Source: Squalus acanthias
Lineage: Eukaryota
Assembly: GCA_030390025.1 (NCBI GenBank)
Contig: CM059432.1
Location: forward strand, 102,612,001 to 102,676,000
Length of the DNA stretch: 64,000 bases
Reading direction: 5' to 3'
Shown here: positions 10,319 through 21,989 of the stretch, in pieces
Layout of the letters: each line of letters starts with the position of its first letter
Numbering within the stretch: the stretch's first letter is position 1
The notes under the pieces: generated by a model
Databases searched by the model: none
The model's input: the letters and a program-made list of their open reading frames with translations, nothing else
Told to the model about the DNA's origin: nothing
Position numbers and translations under genes: made by a program

Positions 10319-11936
10319 TGTAAGGGATTCTGACCCTGCGTGTCTCGCAGCCTGTGAGATTCACGCGGCTCTGTGCAGCCTGTATGTCAGTGCGGGTCTA
10401 GGCCTTGTTGCCTGTTCTGGTCTCCAGCCAGTCTGGGAACACTAGACACACCTGTGAGTGGTTCGAATCACTCGCCCTTACGGTTCTAGACACTGGACTT
10501 AGATGCGAGAGCAGTAATGGAGATGAAACTCATGTAGACTCGGTTGAATGGTACGAAATGGAAAATCTTTATTGCATGATACTTAAGATTATGAAATACA
10601 TGTCATAAGCACAGATTAATGACAGTACAATCTTACAAGCAGTTATATAGTCGATCTTAGGGAAACGAGGAACGAACGGCACATAGTAAATAGGGGCACA
10701 CATTACAAATATCCTTAATCCTTAAACCCTCCCCTATCAATATCTATCCTAACTAGATTCGTAGGATTTCGAGACTCATGCTCACCACTCGTGATAACTC
10801 GGAGAAATTCCGAATAGCTGATCGGATGTTTTTCACCGCAGCACCCACGTGTCGGTCAGGAGATCTCCTGGTCCCACTTGTTTACTTGCTTCTGCTGCTC
10901 CGGCTAGCAGGCTGGACCGTCTGCTGTGATGAAGACCTGTGTTGGTTGGTTTAACAGGTACTTTTCGAGCACAGTTGTCAATATCATCGATGCGATATGT
11001 TCTTTGCAAGTTCGAAGAAGTCTTCCTGGCAAGGAAAAACCTTGGCTGTTCGACCTACAGGCGCGGTCGGGATTTACTGACCGTGGCGATGGATATGGTC
11101 TTCCTCTCTTCTCATCTCATCTCATCTCATCTCATCTCATCTCGGGCCTTTGGTTCCGCTGCCAGTTACCAACATAGGTCTTCGTTACGCGACACGAGGT
11201 AGATCCGAACGGATCAGAAAGTTCAACAGTCTTTTTCAAAAGGGCAACAGGCAAGCAGGAGCCCGACTACGAGTACACAGGAGCAGCCACGATGATAAGA
11301 GTCGATCGGATAAGAGCAACAAGATCAGAGAAAGATGGACGGTTTGGAGCCTGTAATTATAGTGCAAAATCTTCCGTTTCCCGCCCAACCTTAATGTCCA
11401 TTCTTTTGTTTAGGGTCTGGCGCTCAAATGTCTTGTATGGGTGATCTCCGTTCTTAATGGGTTACCTGTTAATATTTCTCCCATTGTTAAATCGGTCGGT
11501 GTTCTCCCTGGAGGGGTTGTGGGGCTTCCAAGTGTTTTGTATAACTACCTGCTAACGGCTCTCTCATCGTAGAGTCGTTGGGATTTTACATATTAATGTC
11601 TTTTGGATGGGCCCTTGATTACTCGGTACAATAGCTTTCATTTGTACCTGGGAGACCGATTTTAGTATTTATGTGTATACTGCAAACCCATAATGTCTCG
11701 TGTATTATCTTCACTGTGCTGAATCTTAATCGATCTTGCACAAATGTTTATTGGAACGCCATCTTGTCTGCCTGTTGAAAAGTCTAGAGTGTTCTGTCAC
11801 GAGGTGCGGCGGCCATTTTACAGGCTGCTTGTGTCCACTTTAAACCTGGCAGCATTCTGCTGAAATAAAAGCTGTTTGAACGAAACTCTGTGTTTTCTCC
11901 TTATTAATAAAATCGCGATATATTGCGAATTCTACA
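10319..11936 (-). mobile_element. 5' LTR (1618 bp) of a truncated LTR retroelement
   Basis: TGTA…TACA termini; homologous to 15001-16634; minus-strand AATAAA near 10570; internal (ATCTC)n; followed by PBS and ORF. Confidence 0.9.
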
Positions 11937-14732
11937 GTAGAATATCTGATATCTCGGGGGTTGTGGAGCTGAAGGTGATTACAGAGATAGGGAGGACCGA
12001 GGCCATGGAGGGATTTGAAAAAAAGGATGAGAATTTTAGAGTCATATATAGAGTCATAGAGTTATACAGCACAGAAAGAGGCCCTTCGGCCCATCGTGTC
12101 CACGCCGGCCATCAAGCTCTGTCTATTCTAATCCCATTTTCCAGCACTTGGTCCGTAGCCTTGTATGCTATGGCGTTTCAAGTGCTCATCTAAATGCTTC
12201 TTGAATGTTGTGAGAGTTCCTGCCTCTACCACCCTTTCAGGCAGTGAGTTCCAGATTCCAACCACCCTCTGGGTGAAAATGTTTTTCCTCAAATCCCCTC
12301 TAAACCTCCTGCCCCTTACCTTGAAACTATGCCCCCTGGTTATTGACCCCTCTACTAAGGGGAAAAGTTCCTTTCTATCTACCCTATCTATGCCCCTCAT
12401 AATTTTATACACCTCAATCAGGTCCCCCCTCAGCCTTCTCTGCTCTAAGGAAAACTACCCCAGCCTGTCCAGTCTCTCTTCATAGCTGAAGTGCTCCAGC
12501 CCAGGTAACATCCTGGTGAATCTCCTCTGCACCCTCTCCAATGCAATCACATCCTTCCTATAGTGTGGCGATCAGAACTACACACAATATTCCAGCTGTG
12601 GCCTAACTATCGTTTTGTGCAGCTCCATCATAACCTCCCTGCTCTTATATTCTATGCCTCGGCTAATGAAGGCAAGTATCCCATATGCCTTTTTAAACAC
12701 CTTATCTGCCTGTCCTGCTACCTTCATGGATCTATGTACATGCACACCAAGGTCCCTCTGATCCTCTGTCCTTCCTAGGGTCCTACCATTCATTGTGTAT
12801 TCCCTTGCCTTGATAGTCTTCTCAGAATGCATTACCTCACACTTTTCAGGGTTAAATTCCATTTGCCACTGTTCTGCCCATCTAACCAACCCATCTATAT
12901 CATCCTGTAGCCTAAGGCTTCCCTCCTCGCTATTTACCACTCCACCAATTTTCATGTCATCTGCAAACTTACTGATCATACCTCCTACATTCATATCTAA
13001 ATCATTAATGTGCACTACAAACAGCAAAGAACCCAACACCGATCCCTGCGGTACACCACTGGACACAGGCTTCCAGTCACAAAAACAACCTTTGACCATC
13101 ACTCTCTGCCTCCTGCCACTAAGCCAATTTTGGATCCAATGTGCCAAATTGCCCTGGATCCCATGGGCTCTTACCTTCTTGACCAGTCTCCCATGCAGGA
13201 TTTTGTCAAAAGCCTCACTGAAGTCCATGTAGACTACATCAACTGCACTACCCTTATCCACACACCTAGTCAGCTCCTCGAAAAATTCAATCAAATTGGT
13301 TAGACATGACGGGATACTGAATTGGAGGATCAGCCATGATCTCATTAAATGGCGGAGCAGGCTCGAAGGGCCGGATGGCCTACTCCTGCTCCTATCTTCT
13401 ATGTATCTATGTATCTATGTATGATCTCCCCCTGACAAAGCCATGCTGACTATCCTTGATTAATCCTTGCCTCTCAAAGTGGAGACTAATTCTGTCCCTC
13501 AGAATTTTTTCCAATAATTTCCCTACCACTGGTGTTAGGCTCACTGGCCTGTAATTCCCTGGTTTATCCCTACTACCCTTCTTGAATAATGGTACTACGT
13601 TAGCTGTTCTCCAGTCCTCTGGCACCTCCCCTGTGGCCAGAGAGGTTCTGGAAATTTGTGTCAGAGCCCCTGCAATCTCCTCCCTTGCCTCACTCAGCAG
13701 CCTGGGATACATCTCGTCTGAGCCTGGGGATTTATCCACTTTTAAGCCCGCTAAAACCGCTAGTACCTCCTCCCTCTCAATACTAATTTGTTCAAGTATA
13801 TCACAATCCCCCTGCCTGATTTCTATGCCTATATCGTCCTTCTCCATAGTGAACACAGATGCAAAATATTCATTTAAAACCTCACCTACATCTTTCGGCT
13901 CTACACACAGATTGCCACTTTGGTCCCTAATGGGCCCTACTCTTTCCCTGGTTATCCTCTTGCCCTTAATATACTTATAAAACACCTTGGGATTTTCCTT
14001 TATTTTGCCCGCCAGTGTTTTTTCATGCCCCCTCTTCGCTCTCCTAATTTCTTTTTTAAGTACCCCCCTGCACCTTCTATACTCCTCTAGGGCTTCCACT
14101 GTTTTTAGTCCTTTCTATCTGCCAAAAGCCTCCCTTTCTTTCCTAATCCATTCTTATATATCCCTTGACATCCAGGGTTCCCTGGGCTTGTTGTTCCCAC
14201 CCTTGACCTTTACGGGAACATGTTGGCGTTTGAAATCGAGGCGTGCTTAACTGGGAGCCAATGTAGGTCAGCGAGCACAGGGGTGATGGGTTAACGGGAC
14301 TTGGTGCGAGTTAAGACACAGGCAGCCGAGTTTTGGATGACCTCAAGTTTACGTAGGGTAGAATGTGGGATGCCAGCCAGGAGTGAATTGGAATAGTCAA
14401 GTCTAGAGGTAACAAAGGTATGGATGAGGGTTTCAGCTGTGGATGAGGGATGGAGTCAGTAGCTAGGGAATGGAGTTTGTGGTGGGGACCAAAAACAATG
14501 GCTTCGGTCTTCCCAATATGTAATTGGAGAACATTTCTGCTCTCCAGAACTGGATGTCGGACAAGCAGTCTGTCAAATTAGAGACCGTGGAGGGGTTGAG
14601 AGAAGTGGTAGTGAGGTAGAGCTGGGTGTCATCAGCGTACATGTGGAAATTGACGCTGTATTTTTGGATGATGTCGCCAAGGGGCAACATGTAGACGAGA
14701 AATAGGAGGGGGCCAAGGATAGATCCTTGGGG
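11937..14732 (-). mobile_element. L2-like LINE fragment (11937-12037 and ~14225-14732) split by a CR1
   Basis: ORF 14463-14690 has FHMYADDTQLYL (L2-type RT); both halves are colinear with 51910-52150. Confidence 0.8.
12038..14224 (-). mobile_element. 5'-truncated CR1 (ORF2 fragments), containing a short plus-strand CR1 3' tail at ~13311-13420
   Basis: ORFs 13407-14099, 12578-13345 and 12128-12412 carry CR1 RT motifs; tail agtcatag repeats; inner fragment ends in (tatgtatc)n. Confidence 0.9.
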
Positions 14733-15000
14733 ATTCTATCAATGGTGAATGAATTCTTACAAAGATGTGATACTGGATCGAGAGTGGAAAGTGGAAAGTG
14801 GAAAGCCTGCAGAATCTGACTGAGAAACAGCTTGTGGCTGAGGAAAGTGGAGATCTGTCAGGTGGGAGCTTTTACTGTACATTTGAAGTTGTCAAGTAAT
14901 CAGCTGGAGCAATGGCAATTGAACTCCCACCTCAGGTTGACAGCCATGGTCCCCAAACAGCGTGGTTCCCATGACCATGAAGTTAAAGTGAAAAGGTAAG

Positions 15001-16634
15001 TGTAAGGGGTGACGTGTGGCTCTGTGCTTAGCCTGGGTGCTAGTGCGGGGTTAGGCCTTGTTGCCTGTTCTGGTCTCCAGCCAGCCTGGTAACACTAGAC
15101 ACTTGTGAGTGGTTCGACCCACTCGCCCTTACGGTTCTGACACTGGACTTAGGTGCGAGAGCAATAATGCAGAGAAAACTCAGGTAGACCCGGTTGAATA
15201 GTGCGAAATGGAAAATCTTTATTGCATATTATTCAAGATTACGAAATACATGTCATAAGCACAGATTAATGACAGTACAAACTTACATACATTTATGCAA
15301 CTAGGTTTAGGGAAATGATGAGCGCACGACACATCGTAAAAGGGGACACACATTATAATTATCCTTAAAACATAAACCCTCCCCTATCAATACCTGTCCT
15401 AATCTAGATCTGTAGGATCGAGACTCATGCTCACCACTCGTGATAACTCGGAGAATTCCGAAACTCTGCTCGGATGTTTTTACCGCAGCACCTGACTATC
15501 CACGTGTTGATCAGGGGTCTCTGTACCCCACTTGTTTACTCGCTTCTGCTCCGGCTAGCAGGCTGGACCGTCTGCTGTCATGAAGATCTGTGTTGTCCTC
15601 GGAACTCTGACAAAACTCAAAGAAGAGTCTTCCTGTGCCCTACACCAGTTGTCTGTAAAATTCAAAGAACAGTCTTCCTGGGCCAGTTCTAGAGTAGCCG
15701 ATAGAATTCGAAAATGGTCCTTATATTTTTAGGCGCGGTCGGGGCTTACTGACCGTGGCGACACGTGTATAGTCTTCTTCTCATCTCATCTCATCTCATC
15801 TCATCTCATCTCATCTCATCTCCTCTCGGGCCTTCAGTTCCAACACCGTTTACCGACTTCTCGGGATGGTGCGCCCGCCTCCAGGCCTTCACAGCCCAGT
15901 TCTCCACAGATCTTCGCGGCAAGCCACGAGGTTGATCCTAGCGGATCAGAGTCCAGAGTCGTCAGGCAAGAGAATAAGAGTTCAGCAGCCTTCCAGCGAT
16001 TCAAAGCAGCAAGAGAAAGATGGACGGTTGTACTTTACAGTTATAGTGCTGTAATTCCTATTTTCCCGCCCAATCTTAATGTCTATCTTTTGTCAGGTTT
16101 TTGGCACTCAAAACTTCTTGTATGGGGTGATCTCAGTCTTTAATGGGTTTCGGTGACACTTGTAACTGTCTGAGTACCCGTTAATATTTCCCCCATTGTG
16201 GAACCGGCTAGTAGTCTCCCTGGAGGGGTTTTGGGGCTTCCAAATGCTTGCTGTGAGTACCCGCAAACGGCTCTCTCATCGTAGAGCCATGGGGATTCTG
16301 CATATTAATGTCTTTGGATGGGTCCTTGATCGCTCAGTACAATAGCCCTTGTCCGATTCCAGTATTTATGTATAAAATGCAAACCCATCACGTCTTATCA
16401 TTATCTCAAATGTGCTGAGTCCTGTCCGATCTTGCTGAAATGTTTATTGAAACGCCATCTTGTCTGCCTACTGAAAGTCTAGAACTTTCTGCCACGAGGC
16501 GTGGCGGCCATTTTACAGGCTGTTTGTGTCCGTTTTGAAACCTGACAGCATTCTGCTGAAATAAAGCTGTTTATACGAAACTTTATGTCTCCTTCCTATT
16601 TTTATAAAATCGCGATAATTTTGCGAATTCTACA
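15001..16634 (-). mobile_element. Solo LTR (1634 bp) with 4-bp TSD
   Basis: TGTA…TACA; TAAG duplicated at 14997-15000 and 16635-16638; homologous to 10319-11936; (ATCTC)n at ~15780-15822. Confidence 0.93.
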
Positions 16635-17149
16635 TAAGTTAAAAAAGCTTGTTAATGATCTGCCAACAAGGCAATAAAGAGCTTAATTGGGTCCCCCGCC
16701 GCTGCATGTCGGGTCTGCTCAGCGTTGACAGGCCCGACACTGGGAAAGGCGTGTGGCAGCGGGTTGACAGCGGGGTACCGACCCGCTGTCGAAAAAAATA
16801 CTTTCCCATCCGACTTGCCACCAATCCCATCCGATGACCCCCCTGGAAAATTTCGGCCACAGTTTATGAGTAATTTGAAACTTGACATGTGGCAAGTGTA
16901 GCAAGCTTGGGAGGTGACTTTGGACCTATGGTTCCCAAAGCTCTCCACCACTGGGGCTTTACTCATATCTGGGTCTGTTCTAGACTAATTGATAGAGATT
17001 GATTGCTATAATTAGTCAACAACTCCATTATCAGTGTATCATGTGACTACTAGGCTGGCAGTAGACAAAATAGATGGGCCTTGGTCTTTTATTGTCTAGC
17101 AATTCTTATGTTCCTATGAAAGCAGTGTCATGACATTAAAAATAATACT

Positions 17150-19053
17150 AAAAAAAAAACAAAGAGAGAGATGAATTATGAGAGTAAACTGGCAAGAAAC
17201 ATTAAAACAGATAGTAAGAGCTTCTACAGGTATATAAAAAGGAAGAGAGTAGCTAAAGTAAACGTTGGTCCCTTAGAGGATGAAACTGAGGAATTAATAA
17301 TGGGGAACAGGGAAATGGCAGAAACTCTGAATACAAATATTTTGTATCTGTCTTCACGGTAGAAGACACTAACAACATCCCAATAATGGATAATCAAGGA
17401 ACCACAGGGAGGGGGGAACTAAAGACAATCACTATCACTAAGGAAAAAGTACTTGGTAAAATAATGGGACTAAAAGACGGCAAGTCCCCTGGACCAGATG
17501 GCCTGCATCCCAGGGTCTTAAAAGAAGTGGCTGCAGAGATAGTGGATGCATTGGTTGCAATATACCAAAATTCCCTGGACTCTGGAGAGGTCCCAGCGGA
17601 TTGGAAAACCACAAATGTAAGACCCTATTTAAGAAAGTAGGGAGACAGAAAGCAGGAAACTATAGACCAGTTAGTCTAACATCTGTCATTGGGAAAACAC
17701 TAGAGTCCTTCATTAAGGAAGCAGTATCAGGGCATTTGGAAAATCATAATGCAGTCAAGCAGAGTCAGCATGGTTTTATGAAAGGGAAATCATGTTTAAC
17801 AAATTTGCTGGAGTTCTTTGAGGATGTAACAAGCAGGGTGGACAAAGGTGAGCCAGTGGATGTGGTGTATTTGGATTTCCAGAAGGCATTCAATAAGGTG
17901 CCACATAAAAGGTTACTACATAAGATAAGAGCTCACAGAGTTGGGGGTAATATATTAGCATGGATAGAGAATTGGCTTACTAACAGAAAGCAGAGAGTCG
18001 GGATAAATGGGTCATTTTCCGGTTGGCAAACGGTAACTAGTGGGGTGCCACAGGGATCGGTGCTGGGGCCTTAACTATTTACAATCTACCTTAATGACTT
18101 GGATGAAGGGACCGAGTGTAATGTAGCCAAGTTTGCGGATGATGCAAAGACGGGTGGGAAAGCAAGTTGTGCAGAGGACTCAAAGAATCTACAAAGGGAT
18201 ATAGACAGGCTAAGTGAATGGGCAAACATTTGGCAGATGGAGTATAATGTGGGAAAGTGCGAGGTTATCCACTTTGGCAGGAAAAATAAAAAAGCAAATT
18301 ATTATTTAAATGGAGAAAGATTACAAAATGCTACAGTTCAGAGGGACCTGGAGGTCCTTGTGCATGAAACACAAAAAGTTAGCATGCAGGTACGCAAGTA
18401 ATCAAAAAGGCAAATGGAATGTTGGCCTTTATTTCAAGGGGATTGGAGTATAAAAGCAGGGAAGCCCTGCTACAATTGTACAGGGTATTGGTGAGACCAC
18501 ACCTTGAGTACTGCGTACAGTTTTGGTCTCCTTATTTAAGGAAGGATATATTTGCATTGGAGGCAGTTCAGAGACGATTCACTAGGTTAATTCCAGAGAT
18601 GAGGGGGTTGACTTATGAAGAGAGGTTGAGCAGGTTGGGCCTATACTCATTGGAATTTAGAAGAATGAGAGGTGATCTTATTGAAACATATAAGATACTG
18701 AGGGGCTCGACAAGGTAGAGAGGATGTTTCCCCTCGTGGGGAAATCTAGAACTCGGGGACATAGTTTCAGAATAAAGGGTTGCCCTTTTAGAACTGAGAT
18801 GAGGAGGAATTTCTTCTCTCAGAGGGTCGTAAATCTGTGGAATTCTCTGCCCCAGAGAGCCGTGGAGGCTGGGTCATTAAATACATTTAAGGTAGAGATA
18901 GAGAGATTTTTGCAAGATAAGGGAGTGAAGGGTTATGGGGAGCGGGCAGGGAACTGGCTTTGAGCCCAAGATCAGCCATGATCTTATTGAATGGCGGAGC
19001 AGGCTCGAGGGGCCAAGTGGCCGATTCCTGCTCCTATTTCTTATGTTCTTATG
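17150..19053 (+). mobile_element. 5'-truncated CR1, frameshifted ORF2
   Basis: Consecutive RT fragments 17171-18963; 3' tail ttcttatgttcttatg. Confidence 0.92.
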
Positions 19054-19519
19054 ACGTACCCACTGGGTGTTCCACTGTTTCTGATCATGCGGGCTGGAAT
19101 GGCTGGTTCAATACTTCTCAAGGGTCAATACAGCAATTCCCAAACACAATTGGGTTACAATGTTCCCTTCTTCTGCTTGTTCTTTTCTTTCTTTTCCTTT
19201 CTGTCTTTTTTTCCCACTGTCTTTCTTTCCTTCTCTTTATTCCTCTTTCTGTCTCTATATATTTTGTTTGACTCTAATTCACCCTAATTACTTCTCAGTT
19301 GTTTTCTCTGCTTCTTTCTCTATCCTTTTTGGTTATTGGTTAAGGAGATAAGCCATTGGGCATGATGTTCAAGAGGTCCCAGATGCGACATTAACATCGC
19401 TAAGCCTTTATCCCATTGACATGACAGCAATTTGCAACACTAGTGCGATGCCAATGGTGAACAGAAAAGTCCAATTAATGTCGTTTGCCATGAAACCCAC
19501 CATTGCAGCAATTTCTGGC

Positions 19520-19702
19520 GCTTGATCTGGTCATTTATCTCATTGCTGTTTGTGGGACATTGCTGTGCACTAATTGGCTGCCATGACTCCCTACCTTCCA
19601 ACAGTGACTACACTTTCAAAGGTATTTCATTGGCTGTAAAGCACTTTGAGACGTCCTGAGGTCAAGAAAGGCAGTATAAACATGCATTGGTTCTTTCTTT
19701 CT
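19520..19702 (+). mobile_element. DeuSINE (SacSINE1-like) 3' fragment
   Basis: ttgctgtttgtgggacattgctgtgcactaattggctgcc Deu-domain motif and tail, homologous to 60810-61000. Confidence 0.75.
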
Positions 19703-20678
19703 ATAAAGGGACCACTCAATAAAAGCCCAAGAAACTTGCGTTTTTTTTATTTTTGTGGGGCTAGGAGAAGCAGGAGTGCGCCTCATGGGCCCACAAAAAA
19801 AAACATTGGCTCATTTGAGGCCATCCCACCCTAGGATTGCTTCCAGACCCAACCTGCCAAAAGGTTCCGAATGAGAGCCGACTGATTTCCCATCCTCCCC
19901 GACCGTTGAGCTGTAGCTGGGCACCACTTGGTGCCCGCAACTCACAGCAGCATTTAAGTGAAGCTAGAAGCCAAATTTATCTCAGGCCTCAGGCTGATGG
20001 AGCAGCTACTCCGCCTCCATTTTAGGTGGAAGTTGAATTTCTTCCCCAGTGTTCTGAGTTCATGCATGGGCAACGAGAGAGCATTGAAACGTGATGCAAG
20101 CAAGATACATTTAAATGCCAATAACGCAGGTTTAACAGGGTCAACCATTAAAGTGCAGAGATTCAGCATCATAATGCTGAGCAACTAGGTCATGCCACTG
20201 GTAATTTTGCAATGTGTCATAAAGCCAGGCCAAATTTAGCACTACATGGCATTTATAAAACTATTCACCTGCAACAAGCAAATGACAGCTACATTAAAAG
20301 CAACAGCTAAAATAAATTGCAGGTTGTAATGTTTTTCTATTCTTCTCTTCCGAAAAGTCTTGTTTCCTGTTATTCTGTGATGTATTAATAGAAATGCTAA
20401 ATAATTGTTTGATCAGTGCGTAAAAAGCATACTGAGGTTATAAAAAGGCACAAGTGAAGTATCCAAGTGAAGAGTGCACAAGTGGAGAATGAATACAAGT
20501 CCTTTTTCATCAGGCTGGCTATTACAATTCACTCCTTAGGGCGTCTGGTCACTTATGACCACCTTTGCTTTCTGGCTATCAATTAAATTGAAAGGTTATA
20601 TAAATTTCTCCCGTTTAGTTTTTCTTCAAACAGTTGACAAGCTCACTTGTCACAATTGACTGGGCTATTACTGATAAA

Positions 20679-20850
20679 GGGGCAGATGTTGACTTTGTGC
20701 AATAGTGTAAAATGAATGATAGCGATTAGGTAGCTGTTTTACATCTTTCTCGATTTTTATTTCCATTGACTTCAAAAATCGAGAAAGATTTAAAACAGGT
20801 TGCCGATTCGCTATCATTTTACACTGTCGCACAAAGTCAAGATCTACCTC
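20679..20850. mobile_element. Palindromic MITE with long TIRs (half copy at ~48445-48551)
   Basis: ggggcagatgttgactttgtgcaatagtgtaaaatg … cattttacactgtcgcacaaagtcaagatctacctc inverted repeat. Confidence 0.8.
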
Positions 20851-20994
20851 CAAGGGTGATTATTCGTGTCTTTAACGGTGGTTTTGATCATTACTCTGGT
20901 ATGGTGAAGTGTTTAGATAAAACGACTCTCTAAGGCACCTATTCACCAAATAAATTCTGTATATCCGTATGAATCTAAATTCATTATAACCTGG

Positions 20995-21740
20995 TTTGGG
21001 GCGCTAAAACTTCGAAAGTTGAAAAATTAGCGCCAGGTGCTAATAATGATAGGCTCCCGCGAAATTCAGTTGCAGTGCTCCAAGAGAGAAGTGGAGCACT
21101 AAATCAAGCACTAACCACTTCTTTTAGGGCGCTAAAGTCGGAGAGCGGGGCGGTACCGGCAGAGCGTGAGACAATTTGCAGCGCATTCCAGACGGCACTC
21201 TTCAATCACAGAGGCTGCTTCCCTCGCTTAAAGGGAAAGGACAATACTGCACCAGAAGCTATTTGTCGGCACTGCAGTCTTGCAAGGCGACTGCCGATAC
21301 AGCCCCAAACACTGTCACGAAGTGGAGGGCTTGGACATCCTGCAACAATGAAAGAGTGAAAACTTTGCGCAGGCATCAGACTGGTGCAAATAATAACGGT
21401 TCAGCGATCTGAAAAGCATTCCCTTTAATTACCCCTCCCGAAGCAGTCATTCGACTTCTGAACGCCTCCTCTTGCTGGTGTTGTCAGCGCGAGGCGATAA
21501 TGCAGGGGGCGAAAGTCAATTTCACATCCGGGGGCGGTAACGGGGCGCTTCGCACATGATGACGTCACGATCTACGGGGCGCTAGAGACCGAGGCGGTAA
21601 ATGTTAGCGCCAGCCCAAAACCACTAGGGAGGTTCGAGGGCGTCGCTAAATTCGCCGCGCCCGATCGGTAATCCCTTAGCGCACCATTACCACCCCCTGC
21701 AGGCACTAACGGGAGGCGCAAAGCAGCCAAATTTCTAGCC
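20995..21740. mobile_element. CpG-rich Harbinger-type MITE (left boundary uncertain)
   Basis: Right end gggaggcgcaaagcagccaaatttctagccc|taa resembles the right end of 55039-55399; many gcgcta/tagcgc motifs. Confidence 0.65.
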
Positions 21741-21989
21741 CTAAGAGTGTTAATAATTTCATATATCACACAGATAAGGGTTTCTTCATGGTTGCTTGAT
21801 AAGAGAAAGGAAGTTTTGAAATATGAAGCTGTTTCCATTGTAACTAACCTATGCTATTGATATAAGTTATGCAGCAGGAGCCTCTGGGCCATCGGCGGGC
21901 TGGTAGGTAACCTGCCCAGAGCCCACCATAAATAATTTAAGATCCCCAGGACACTCGGCATGGGTCATGACAGTGTCAGGGAAGCATGG

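Noticed and set aside
10319..16634. The two LTRs as 5' and 3' LTRs of one provirus
   Set aside because: The second LTR has its own TAAG TSD, the two differ by many substitutions and indels, the interval holds only L2/CR1/Harbinger debris, and the PBS lies outside the pair
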